A DNA stretch of 64,000 nucleotides. It comes from Rhizodiscina lignyota. Its lineage: Eukaryota. The notes below the pieces were generated by a model. The model had not been told where the DNA came from. It made no database searches and worked only from the letters and a program-made list of their open reading frames with translations. Below are positions 1 to 12,125 of this stretch, piece by piece (the first letter of the stretch is position 1; each line of letters opens with the position of its first letter). Where the stretch lies: assembly GCA_010015805.1 (NCBI GenBank), contig ML978142.1, positions 1 to 64,000 on the forward strand, read 5' to 3'. A program made the translations under genes and the position numbers.

Positions 1-369
1 GGTTGTTTTTGCTTCTTGGCTTTTGAAGCTCTTGAGCGCTGGAGTCAGCGGCTCTTGTGATACCACGAATTCTGCATGTAGTAATAGATTCTCTCGCTCG
101 TCTAGGAGGCCTCTTCCGCTCCGTTGCCGAGCGAATTAAAAAGTATTTGATTTTGTAAAATGAACTGAGGTTCAATTTCGCCAATTCCAAGCAGCCCTTT
201 GTTTCGCTTCAACTAGGGTGCAGCAGCGCGTCTACCCACAACGGACACTACCTCAAGCTACTTCTAGTATTAAATAACATTCATGATCGTTTATGGTTAG
301 GTGTATACCTTCGAAAGGGCTGTCCTGGTATCACTCCTGTCACAAAAGCCGGTCGCGGAGTGCCGTATC

Positions 370-2369
370 TCACAGCTCATCCCCGTACCTCCTCACCAAC
401 TTCCTCTTGAACCCGCTCATATCCGCTCGGATAGCCTTTGCTGTGCCCTCCCAAGCAGCCTGGTGGCAATCGTCAACTGCATGAGAGTAAAACTCCGCCT
501 CTCGCTTCGTGAAGTTCGCCGGCTCCTGAGCATTGACGGCATTGCCGATGCAATTGAACTGGCTCTGCGGGCTCCGGAGCTGGCAGATCTCCATGTATTT
601 GCAGTCGCCTGTGCACGGCGTGACGCCGAATCCACGCGTCTTGCGGGCGTTGTACGCCTGGAACTGCGCGTCGTCTTTCACGAAGACTTCGGTGACGTTG
701 TGCATGAAGGCGCCCGTCAGCTCGGCGGATGGGTCTGTGTATGGAGGGGAAACGAGCGGGCCGTAGGTCTCTTTGAAGCCGTAGTACTTCTCCCACTTTG
801 GCTCTTCCTGGAACGTGGCGAGAGACATGTTCGTAAAGTACGTGGTGTAGTCGAGGACGGACCAGGTTTCTGGATCGACAGAGTATACTCTGAACGTCGG
901 GTTCCCTGAAGTCGGAGTAAGTGCGTTGGTGATGTACGACACACCAACGGCGTTTGCTGCAGTCTGGTTGAGGTAATCGGTGTACGCAATCTCCCATTGG
1001 TCGTGGTGGGTGTGTCCGAAGAACTGTCCTGCAATGGTACCTTCGTAGCGCTGAATGATCTGATCGAAGTATTCAGAGTAGTCCCACAGCGCATCAACAC
1101 GGCCCATCGGTACGTGGCCGATGATGTAGACGCGCTCTTCGTTGTCTTCGGCTTTCTGCAGCTCCTCCACGAGCCAGGCAAATTGTCCATTTGGATCAAA
1201 CGGCATCTCGCGAAGATACATGAAGAAGTTGACTCGCATCCAGAACATCGTGTTCATCGAGATGATGCGCAGTTTGGTGTCTGGGCGTACGATGGAGTAA
1301 CGGCCGAAGTTCGTCTTGACTGTCTGCGCCGCCTCTTCTCCAATCCAGGGCTTCCAGTTTTCCGATATCGTGTTGTAGACCCACTGCCAGTCTCGAGTCA
1401 ACGGTAGACCTTCGAGCGGGAACTGGTCGACAGGATCCGTATCGTGGTTACCGAATGCGGGATAGACCTGGCCAAGCGTTGACTGTCGGAGATGGACGTC
1501 GTTCATATCATCGACGGCTTCTGCTTCGCTGAGCCACGTGGCGCCCTCAATCAGATCACCGGTAAACAGAGTAAATTCCTTATCTGGGACGATCTCGTTG
1601 ATAGCGGAGTACATGCTCTTTTCGAGTGAGAGCGGACTGTCGCAGTGGCTGTTGCCAAAAGGTCCTGCTGCATACTGAGTAAACTTAGGGCCGTCGATCG
1701 GATTGGTCACGCGACAGCAGATGCCATTGCCTGTTCAAGCCAAAATTTAGTGGGGCTCTTTATCATATTTCCGTTTGACCCTTACTGCAGTTGTAGTTGC
1801 TACCAACTACATATTCCAAGTCGACATGGACATCGGAGATGTGTACAACATTAATCGGCTTCTTTCCGCTTACTCGTGGGAGGCTTTTAGCGGGCTTTGG
1901 TTTCGGGAATGGTATCTTGTACGGTCGTACTGGAGGGAGGTCGCACTGGCTGAAGACGACGTTGCAAAAGATGGTCGATGTATGAGATGGGATATCCATG
2001 TTTGACAGGACGTATGCCAGAGGCACTGCATCTTGCAACTGGCGGCCATTACAACCATCGACAGTATCTCCCTGGAGAAATGAGTATATCTTCGTAGAGA
2101 CAGTCGAATCATCATACCTGAGCCTCCAGGCAAAGATCTTGCCACAACTTTGAGAACTCATCTAGACCTCGGCGAGCGACAGCCTGGAGCCAGAGAAGAA
2201 TGTCTTGGCAGTCCGAACATGTCTTCTTGTTGACGTCGTCGATCAGATGTTCGAGAGTAGCTGTAGCGTTGAACGGCTTCTGGAGAGTAATGCTGCTGGG
2301 TGCTGGTGACGCCACGGCAGCCAAGGAAACAGACCAAAGAACGAGAAGACTGGTAAGAAACTGCATCAT
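370..2369 (-). CDS. Secreted acid sphingomyelinase-like metallophosphoesterase (3 exons, about 2369-2118, 2071-1786, 1730-370)
   Basis: Signal peptide MMQFLTSLLVLWSVSLAAVA and Cys-rich saposin-like segment (TCSDCQ...LC...C). Calcineurin-like motifs SDVHVD, TGD, GNHD, GHVP, GHTH, plus NPTFRVY. GT-AG introns join three ORF-track pieces. Confidence 0.9.
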
Positions 2370-3550
2370 GAAGCTGGATGCCCTGTTCTTTCTTACAATG
2401 GAAAATTGAATTGGGGCGGCGAAGATTGCCTTATTATCTCCAATACTTACTTCTACTTGCCTTCCAACGGCCACCATTCGGAACATCCGAACGCATGCAT
2501 CCAGCGCTAGAAGAAATCCCACGCCTCGGAAATCCATCAATTGCCCCGAGACGATGGAAACGAGTAAGTTCACGAGGCATATCCAGCTATACAAGCCACA
2601 CGAGCATACACGTTGAGAACTGTGTGACAAAGGTAGTAATTCGCCGGCTCCATAATAGTGAGTCCATTACGCGATTTCATGGAGCCTGAGCGGCTGTAGA
2701 GCTTCCGAAGGGAGAAATGAGACGGGAAATAGTGATAAATTGATAAAATTTGGGACGAAGAATCCCAAGCGGGGAGATAATATAGGATGCAGACAGAAAA
2801 GTCCAGGTTTGGGACAAATGATTCAGGAACGTGTACACTATGACGAGCAGCGGTGAGAAATAGTGTGCTGATTCGACTTCGGAGCAGGAATTAGCTGCTC
2901 GACGAACCTTGAACGCCTAACTGGCTAAAAGGACAATTGAGGAAGTTGAAGATGGATCAGTCCAAGGTGTCTCATGCAGAAGAGGGACACGGGTGGAGAA
3001 CGCCACCGATGATTAGCTGCATGGTGGCTTAGGGTTAGGGCTCGTGGATCCTCCCCAGAAACCTGGACAAGGCGGATGCATATCTAAAGTACACGACGCC
3101 GAATTTGAGATGGGAGCGTGCCCATTTGTCGAAAATGGAAATATCGGGAGCCCGTTCTCAATTCCGATTATTCATAGTTGACGCATGAGGAAGTAAGCAG
3201 GCCTACCTTGGAAGATTTGCTTCTTATTATCACGGAACAGAGAGCCGATAGGTCTCATACGCTCACGAGAAGCGAGCTCCTTCGTAATATGCTTAGGCAG
3301 TATTTATTCAAAGTACAACGTTAAACGCACACGATCTGTATTGACTGCAAAGCGACGGCTCACTACTCTCCATGCATCCACGTATCCTGCTGCGGCCGCC
3401 GCTCGACCCATCTCACAGTAATACTTGATACTAGTACATCTCCCTTACCAACAGCCACATGCTTCTCGGTATAATATTCTAGTCACGCATAGCATTTGCT
3501 CTTCGACCCCTGGATCCTCTCCTGCGTGGAATGTGCTCAACCAAGTGGTC

Positions 3551-4518
3551 CTAGTCGCCCTTGTTCGGTTTCGTTTTCCGTCTTGCTTCCTTCTGCCGAG
3601 CTAGTCTGTCCAGAAGTTTATCCCCCAAATCTTCAGCTTCTTCGATCTTTTGTTCCAACTCTCTGTTTTTAACCTCCGAAGCTTGGTGAAGAATCGCTCG
3701 TGTTTCTATATCAAAATCGTTTGCCGGCCAGAGAATTTGACGCACGAATCTCTCGTAGTTGCTGGAAAGTTTAGATGCCCAGCATCGTCCACGGTCGACG
3801 ATGATGTGGCACTCTCCATGGAAGGCATCCAGAGATACGAACTGCGCACGTAAGCTATGTTTGTAGAAGTGGGAGACGAAGAACCAACTGCGACGTCACT
3901 GAAACGGCTTAACTGGTGTCTGGCAAGATTCTCTGCTAAACGCGGTTGTTTTGCATGATACTTCACACGCCCGTTTTGCATCATTGTGAAGAAGGCCCGT
4001 TGGCTGCCCAAGCTCACAATGATTGGCAAGCCATATCTCCATCCTGTTTTAACAGAAAACCATCCCCGAACCTCGGTATTCAACTTCTCTGAAAGCTTCC
4101 AGTGGCAAATAGAGTCGTCATTCCAAGCGATGAAGGTATGTTTCGATTCACCAAAGACTACCCGTAAGTCCGGCTTGTCGTGGAAGTTGTTCTTCTTTCC
4201 GTAGACATACTCTCGAAGAGGAGGGGGAATCTTATTGCCGAAACTTTGCATAGCGGTTAGCTGAAGCAGATGGTAATCACGCAAGCCAATAACTTACCGG
4301 TGCACAATTTCACCATCTGGTTCGACCCACGCGAAATGCCAACAGTCAACTTCAGCTCCGAAGGCAGCCCGGTAAACTTTCCTCCCAGGGTGTTGATCCC
4401 ATTCATCGACAACGCGTCGGAGCCCCTTGGGGAGAGCATTTGAAATCAAACACTCTTGAGGCCCTCCAGCAAAGAGGAAGGTCTGCCCTGGGCCGAAGGC
4501 GAATATAGCGTTTTCCAT
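3551..4518 (-). CDS. Hypothetical protein (3 exons, about 4518-4298, 4243-3890, 3841-3551)
   Basis: Two GT..AG introns join ORFs 4294-4518, 3706-4284 and 3551-3745 in frame. C-terminal coiled-coil-like, basic tail. No family recognised. Confidence 0.6.
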
Positions 4519-5208
4519 GTCTGATGGTTGCGGTGGATGTCAAGTTTGTGATTTGAAAGAGGGCGTGCGAAGTTGATGAGGAGCTGGCGTTGGCTAGGAG
4601 ATAAGGTTTGAAGATTGGCGTGTTCCAATATGACATCAGGCGCGCACTACCACGGAACGGAAAATGCGAATCCAAGTGGAGTGTTAGGCTGCTCGGGGAA
4701 TTGCATCGGCCTCTGTTCAAAATCGAATTGTCGTGCCTTGTGGGCATTCAGTGATCCAGGGTTTCACATACTACTACGCGGTCATTAGCTATCCAGTGCA
4801 GGAGACTTTAAGTGAAAACATACCAACGAAGTCGGATGAAGAGGGCTGGCAAGCTCATCCGTGTCGTTGTACCGCTCGATGCGTTGCAGTTTGGAAGACC
4901 TGCGCCGCTTGACTACGTGTTTAACCTGTCCTACCTAGTTCGTCCTCATTCGGTTGCAAGCATCGATCCTGCTTTTTCCCTATACGGTCTTGCAGGTGTT
5001 GTTGAATGTTTGTGATATTCTTCCTTTGCCGTCGATGGCCCTTTTGGAATCCCCCAATGACTGGAGATTGAAGTGGTCATCAATTGTCGAAGATCCTGGT
5101 CACGATATTGCAATGGGAAGATTGATCTAAAATGATCGCGGTGCCCAGAAGAGTTATCCACATCGAGCAAGGGTAAAGAATCCCTTCGTTTCCATTCCAA
5201 CTTTACTA

Positions 5209-6885
5209 TCATCCTCTTCGTAAGGGGTATCCTCCAGTTGTAAAAATCCATCTATCCAAGCTCATGACATCCGTATCAGCAAATATTAGCCAAAGCCACT
5301 TCAACGTCTCCAAAACCATTCCTCCGTCCACATCGTCGGCCCAGTTTGCCCTTCCAGCATATCCTTCCATAACATCACTGAGCCCAGCGTATCCAAATGG
5401 GGTCTTGCAATCCCGATCAAATGCATTGAATGCATCCCATGCCCAATCTCGATAACGCTGCTCTCCCGTCACACGAAACGCGTGGAAAAGGCTTGCGAAA
5501 TAGTTGGGTTGAAACTTGTATGATGAGTCCGATACCCAATAGGAGTGTTCATTCAGTTCAGTGCTCGAGCGGTTCGTCGTTGGCCCGAATGTGCCATTTC
5601 GAGACACCGACATGGGCTGCCATGACCATCGATCCGCACCGAGGTTACAGGATGAAGAGGTATAGACATAGCGACAGCCCTCCAGAATCGCTTGTCCGAG
5701 AGGGAAAAGATCCGGTCTCTCCATGAATCTGGCCCCTAAGATGATGACGCCAGCCGCCGAACAAGCTTCTTGCGACATTTCATTCAGATACCACTCGCTG
5801 TCCCACTTTCCAAGATACATATGTTGTGTGAGATGATTATCTGCAGGAAGGGACCGACTGGTGAGGTTATGCCGGACTGCATATGCAGATTGCAACCAGC
5901 GACGCTGATATGTAGGGGCAAGCTTGTCCTTGGGAGCAAACATGACGGCCTTGAGGAGAGTCTCGTAGAAATCGCCATGACCAGCATCCCAATGTCGCTG
6001 GAGACGTTCTGGCTCGGCGCTAAATATGTCGAATGGGCCAGCGATCAATCCTGGGAAGGGTTCGACGAACTTGTCCCAGATAAGAGGAGCCCAAGCCTGG
6101 ATGGCGCGCATGTAGTACTCCGTATTACCAGACAAGCGAGTCAAGCCAGCAAGCTCCAAGATCGTGGCCGCATCGGACGGTTCAATCGAATATTCCTGGG
6201 GACGTGGCTTCATATCACTGTCGAAACTGGCGGGACGAGGCATGCCATCGCCGGTTAGAAAGTCAACCCTCGGGAAGGGCAGTCCAGCCGTGGTTGCGTA
6301 CGCTGGAAGGAGCTTATTCGCCAGAATCACCGCCTTGTCCATGATCTTCTCTCTCTCGGCGGCCGTTATGTTGCCCTCTGCGACAACTTCTGTATCCGCC
6401 AATTCCAAAAGCGAAACCAGGGACCCAAGGTATCTCTTTGTCGCAATAGCAGGATCTACCAACACCTGCGTTCTTGAGAAGTCGATTCGCTCCACAATAT
6501 GATCCAAGCAAAGCGCAAACTCTTCCCAAAGCCCCATGACTGCAAGACTCGGTGCTGCCTCTAGAATGTATCCGCCCCATCCGTAGCTTGAGTTCGCGGG
6601 CCTCCCAGAAACTGGCCGTATATCATCGTACCCCCAGGCCTTGACCCTATAACCATGGAATGAATGTTTCATTGCCTCCTCCACCCTCTTCAACCGTGCC
6701 ACATCCGCACGAGCTGTGTCGCCCTGCCATGTCTCGTTCTGCACTTTTGGCCCTGATGGTTTTGACGTGCGCTCGAGCTTCAAGGGCGGATCGTAGAAGG
6801 ATGAGTACAAGAGGTAAAAGACGACGATAAAGGTAACGCTGAAGAGCTTGAAGGCGGTATCGGGATTGCGGCGGAAGGGGAGCAT
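5209..6885 (-). CDS. Glycoside hydrolase family 47 (class I alpha-1,2-mannosidase) homologue, type II membrane protein, catalytic residues degenerate
   Basis: 558-aa single-exon ORF with N-terminal TM. GH47 landmarks AWGYDDIRPVS, RYLGSL, FYETLLK, YRDWAWDAF, ETLKWLWLIF. Confidence 0.85.
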   Translation of the reverse strand: MLPFRRNPDTAFKLFSVTFIVVFYLLYSSFYDPPLKLERTSKPSGPKVQNETWQGDTARADVARLKRVEEAMKHSFHGYRVKAWGYDDIRPVSGRPANSSYGWGGYILEAAPSLAVMGLWEEFALCLDHIVERIDFSRTQVLVDPAIATKRYLGSLVSLLELADTEVVAEGNITAAEREKIMDKAVILANKLLPAYATTAGLPFPRVDFLTGDGMPRPASFDSDMKPRPQEYSIEPSDAATILELAGLTRLSGNTEYYMRAIQAWAPLIWDKFVEPFPGLIAGPFDIFSAEPERLQRHWDAGHGDFYETLLKAVMFAPKDKLAPTYQRRWLQSAYAVRHNLTSRSLPADNHLTQHMYLGKWDSEWYLNEMSQEACSAAGVIILGARFMERPDLFPLGQAILEGCRYVYTSSSCNLGADRWSWQPMSVSRNGTFGPTTNRSSTELNEHSYWVSDSSYKFQPNYFASLFHAFRVTGEQRYRDWAWDAFNAFDRDCKTPFGYAGLSDVMEGYAGRANWADDVDGGMVLETLKWLWLIFADTDVMSLDRWIFTTGGYPLRRG

Positions 6886-7249
6886 TTCAGCTCTGTCGAG
6901 ATGGCCCGGAGGATTGCATGGAGAGGTGATGATCAGGGCGCCGTCGAGCGTAATATTGCATCGATGCGGTCGAGGGTGGAGGATCGGAGAAGGTGTAGAG
7001 TTTTTGTAGTCAATCAGGAAAATCTAACGAACACGACAAGCGACATTGCGATGGCGGTCGTCTTTGCAGGAGACTGCATACGTACGTGTGGAGAACAGGG
7101 TCGCTTGGGGAAGGTGTGTGGGTCAAATTGGCGGCGATCACCCGAGCCTCAATCTCACCTCTCATGTTCTGTACTTTGTTTCGACAGCCTCAGCTCAGTC
7201 CACCGTTAATACGCCCGAATTTCAATCGAAATCTATTGACAGAGCTACA

Positions 7250-7510
7250 ATGTCGCTGTGGCAGTGGGTTATACTGCTCCCCGACACCCATATGTGCACC
7301 CCTACTGACAAAACTTGCTGAAGATCATACCGCGGCCTCTCGTCACGAACGCGCATTTTCATTGGAGCTGGGATAATGGCATATGCTACCTTCGCACTAT
7401 ATGCCTCCGACAAAGCCGAGGAGGTCTTCAAGTTGACTCCGACGCAAGAAGACAAAGACCGTTTGAACCAAACCCTCCCGAAGTTCCGTGTGGTTGACAA
7501 GAAAGACTGA
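7250..7510 (+). CDS. Small spliced single-TM protein, 66 aa (exons 7250-7263, 7324-7510)
   Basis: Intron 7264-7323 (GTGGGT..ACTGAC..AAG) gives MSLWQSYRGLSSRTRIFIGAGIMAYATFALYASDKAEEVFKLTPTQEDKDRLNQTLPKFRVVDKKD*. Not shown in the ORF track. Confidence 0.75.
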
Positions 7511-7669
7511 ATCGCTCCGTCAACCAACCCGCCACATGGGCGCAGCAACGAAGACAAATGAACTGGATTATCCATGAAAGTTTCGAAGCCAGAGGACAAG
7601 CTATGCCTCAAGGATTGTGCAGAGTATGGACAACCGGTGGGAGTCCCTCAAGTATTGACGGCCTGTCCT

Positions 7670-9156
7670 TCATAAGTAGTGGGGGATTCGAGAGAAAGAG
7701 GACCAGGAGAAGAAGTATACCGGGATGACAGAACCAGAGGACGCTTGCGCATTATTAGACGGAGGAGCATCCTTACAATGAGCGCAGTCAGCGCTGCAGT
7801 AACCGCCTTTGCGACAGAGTTTCCATGCTCCAGCTGTGGCCGCCCTTTCCGCCGCTCTCTTCTTCGCACGTTTTGCGGCACCATTTGCTACGATACTGTC
7901 CTCGATAGCGCGTGTGAGGACTGTTGAAAAGTCGTTATCGTACTCAACGAATTCCAGATACACCCATCGTAATCGAAACCCAAGAGGAGTATCACTCTTG
8001 TCCTGGCAAATCTCATTAGTATTGAGATATCTATTAATCAAGTGCCTCTTACCTTGAAGAATTCATCTTTGATGTCATTCTCACTCAGTCTCAAGTAGAG
8101 CTCATCCTCCCATGGGACGTCCCTGGGATTGGCTCTCTGCGCGGCCGCAAGCCGCCTCGACACGATTGCTTCGCGGATGGCTCCATCGTACTCCTCACGT
8201 TGGTATCGGTACTTGAATATTTTCCAGGAGAGGAATTCTCGATGATGTGGTGCCACCTCTGCATCTATGTCGCTTCTGCTCAACCTCTCTTCGTCGCGAA
8301 CGAAAATGCGATAATGGCCATAGTACTCGTAGATGCAGGAGGCCTTTTCGACAAGTAGTGCAATCCGCTCGCTCGGAAATTCAGTGCGTTGCCCTTCTCT
8401 GGACATTTCGAGAAACGCGCCATGTGACGGCAAGATAGTAGGATGTGATGGACTCCAAGACTCTACTTTCGAGTGGATGATTGCGAACGGCGGCAAACGA
8501 GTCGAAAATTCACCCTTCGGCCACCAAATACCAGGCACCTGAGGCTTGAGGTACCGAGTCCTTCCCGTGCCTCTCGGGGGTCCACGCTCTGTCCAGAGCT
8601 CACGCAAGCCTTCAATATAGAAAGAGTGTTCGCTTGGCAAAGCTCCAACGGTTTCAACGCCCGGCGGCTTGTCCAGTCTGCGTATTCCAACAGGGCAGCG
8701 AACGTTGTGGTTAGCTTGATCGTCCATGGGCATGGGGCCAAACAGAGCGTTCTCTGGCATGGCTAAGAGAACACGCGGCTTCTTTTCTGGCTGGCCGAAA
8801 GAAGTCCTTACTTGCGCAAAGTCTTCGCTGTACAGGTACTTAGAGTCGGCGTCCAAGTCGTAAAGATCAAGGCCCTGAAATGCTGGATAGCGCGTGGGCT
8901 GACGTTGGTTTCCATGATCCTCTACCTCTGTCTTTGGCTCCTGTATGGCCTCTCTTGGACGTCGAACAAATCCATCCATGCGTGACTCTGGTAGTACTGT
9001 CGAAGTATCTTCTCCAAGCCGGCCATCCCCACCACTTGCGAGATGGAGGCCTTCCATCTGCGACTCTAGCAGCATCGCCGAGAGATCATCTCCGTACACA
9101 TCATCTAGTATAGTAGCGAATTCGAAGTCGTCGCATGGCGGGTTTGAGGACGCCAT
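7670..9156 (-). CDS. Hypothetical protein, probable DUF6697-like domain (2 exons)
   Basis: 372-aa ORF joined through a GTAAGA..CTAAT..CAG intron near 8003-8052 to DKSDTPLGFRLRWVYLEFVEYD. The YEYYGHY and LRWxYLxFxxYD motifs resemble DUF6697 from memory. Confidence 0.6.
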
Positions 9157-10243
9157 GGTGGCGTGGCGTGGTTGGAGATTGATTTACGGGAAAAACACTC
9201 CGAGCAAATGGTAAACAAAAAGAGTATCTTGCGCGATTGGAAGACCGGCAACGAGGGTGAAAAGAAGCAGGTTGCCTCGAGAACGCCTTGTGCTCAGCCT
9301 CTCGCGGTTTTGAGAAGAATCTTGAGATTCAATTACTCAAAATCGAGTGTGGTGTTGGAGGGAGAGAGGCGCGAGGGGGTTGAAAGCGAAGTACTTGTGT
9401 TCCGCGGCGGCAAGATCCATGCCCAAGGCAACCATCTTTTCACTTGATGAAAGCAAAACGTCAAGGTTTGAACAAGTGAATTGCTTCAGAAAACGTCGAC
9501 TGCCAAGCCACCATCCGCTGCATTCTCGAGACATGTTCGGTCTTCCTTCAAAAGGTTGAATAAGCCTACACCGTTTGCGGCCTCTTAACATCATAACGCG
9601 ATGTCGGTGGAGGAGGTGGTTTGAGACGATCGACGCGAAGCCATTTCATTCACGGTTTGTGGTCATTTGCTTCTCCTCGCTCCACGGATTAATGTAAAGA
9701 AACAAGTGCCACTCTGCCATTTCACTCTCCCTTGGAAGTCGACGGTTACTGCCCGATGCCCGGCCCTCGTATTCTGAGCTGACTTGATAGCAACAGAAAA
9801 AGTGAAGATATTGGAGCAATATCAATGATCCAAAGAGAGACAACTTCAAATATTTAAGGTAAAAATCAAGCTTAGCAACCGCGGAAGCGACGTTTAAAGT
9901 TGTTACGTTCGAACATGCTAGAATGCCGTAGGCAGCGGCCTGTCATTCTGGCGCAGAGAATGGGTGACGAATAGCAAGAGGGATAATTGACGTTCAATTA
10001 AATACGGCAGCGAAGGTAGCAGCCTTTCGTAGGGTCTCTAAAAGTCGTCTTTGGTGCCAATCCATAGAACTTGGTTTATCCACTACACGGTATACACGCT
10101 TTTGAACAAGCGATGGAGGTTGTGTTTGATATCACATAGGAGGTTAAGCATCCTTTACGCAACGAGCGTTGTAGCATTTGCTTCTTGATCATGTAGATCT
10201 TCTCTTCCCCGGCATTGAGGAGAGGGTTAGAGCTGAAGCCGCC

Positions 10244-11600
10244 TTACGGAGACATTGAGCTTGGAGAATCATTAGTTGTACTTCGGTCCGGCTTCGCAGC
10301 AATTTTATGCTGATGTTTACGGAATTGATAAGGTAACACCGTCTGTAGTTTGTGGTGATCAGGATCAGCTGTCGGAAATGAGCTCGGCGACTTTCGAAAA
10401 GTGGCTTGCTTTCCACACACCTCTCGTGCGGCTGCGCAAAATCTTGCAGAGACACCATCCATCCAACTCCACGCAGCCATCGTTGTTGTGTTGTACAGCT
10501 CGGGCAGTGCAACGATCATCGCCAACCTAGACAAGTTTATGGCGAAACCGGCGACATCCAAGTTAGTCGTCGAGTACCGACACATTGGGACGCGATTTTT
10601 CGACTCAGGGGCTGCGATCAACGTTCATTTCGGCGACCAATCTCTCAACGTCAACAAGATACACTTTCTGTCTTCCACAGTGATCGAAGATAATTAAAGA
10701 TATTGCTTCGCACTGACACTTCTGGACCAGAGCATATCCATTTCGAGAGACGTTGATGCTCCAAGTCGGGTGTCTTCGCCTCGTGCTTGCCTTATCGAAG
10801 CCACGAGGATGGTGTCACAGCACATTCCGTACGAAATGCGGTTTCACAGACGGAGCTATCATCGTGACATGGACTCATCTGCAGCCAGTATGGAGCTGGA
10901 CATGGCTTAAGTCAGGAGTTTTTCAGACGCCACAGCTGATCTGGACCGTTCTCTAATCTTGAGATCGATATCATACTGCACTAGCGCCGGCGTCGGCTCC
11001 TCCACAAAGCTTAGCAAAGCTTGTTGATCCATGTAGTCAAACGCTTTCTTGAGCTGTTCCTTCTCTCTTTTGCTGCTTGTGTCGCCTTTTTTATTTTCCT
11101 CCACTATTCCTCGTGTCATTTGATTTCAGTCTTCTCGGCCAACGTTGTGCATCGGCAGACATGATACCATTCTCTCGTTTAATCTCATACATTGCAATTG
11201 TCTACATCTATCATATTCTGTCGTACATTCTAACGAAAGGCCTCCTTGTCACCTTCCAGCACATTAATGGAAACCATCTCGAAACGCTCCTCGCTCTGGC
11301 AATTGCTCTTCGGGCGCTGCTTTTCTACAGCACTTATCACGTCGCCGACGAATACGTTCTCCGCTACCTTCACAACCCCAACGATAATTGTGAGCCACGC
11401 AGCAAGCGTGATCCCCAGGCACTGTGTCATGGCGTTGTTGCAGTCCTGTTTCAACTGCTCTTCTTCGAGCCGTTGCTTCTGTGTAATTTGATTACGGGCC
11501 GAGTCCAGCAATGTGCCTTTGCTCGGGCGGCGGTGCTCGAGGTCCCAGTGGGCTTCACGATCATCGTTTGTACCGAATACATCAAAATGGCGATCAAGGT
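10244..11600 (-). pseudogene. Possible decayed gene remnant
   Basis: ORF pieces 10907-11119 and 10244-10621 share one frame, interrupted by several stops. A further protein-like piece lies at 11230-11600. No family recognised. Confidence 0.25.
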
Positions 11601-12125
11601 TAGCATATTAGGGTTGTGACATCAATAAATATGCACTAATGATATGTTTAGCGAGGATCCATGACTCCGCGCGCTTCGACATCAATTCAACTGCCTCGAG
11701 ACGTTTCTCTGCACTTGCTCGGCCTAATCTTGGGCTTAGCATGGGTAGCAGCCGGCAAGACGCTCTGGGGCTTTCCCACACAGTTATTCTTCCGGAAATT
11801 CAGTATACCGAGGTCGGCCATATTCGCGGCTCTCGTCCAGATCGAGGTGCAATTCAGCATTAGCGTGAGTGACGTTGCATTGCGATGATGCTGTCCTCAT
11901 GTACTAACCCCGGATATAGGCTTTATACTCTGCAGAGCACATGTTGAATAAGCTCACAGCTTCCTTTAAGCAGCAAGACGCCAAGTCCAGATCACGAAAT
12001 AAGAGCAAAGTTCTACGATCCGAAAGACGGTCTCGCGAATCATATTCTTAGCACCCTACGGGCTTATGATCATTACATTACGGCTCATATACATCACGTC
12101 ATATCCAATTTCCTAAATACACCAT

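Noticed and set aside
301..1407. Long plus-strand ORFs antisense to the sphingomyelinase, and similar shadows over the RanBP1, CCT2, SAD1 and ArfGAP genes
   Set aside because: Explained by GC-biased codon usage of the real gene on the other strand; no recognisable motifs.
3029..3040. TTAGGGTTAGGG telomere-like dimer
   Set aside because: Only two units and no other subtelomeric features; chance is plausible.
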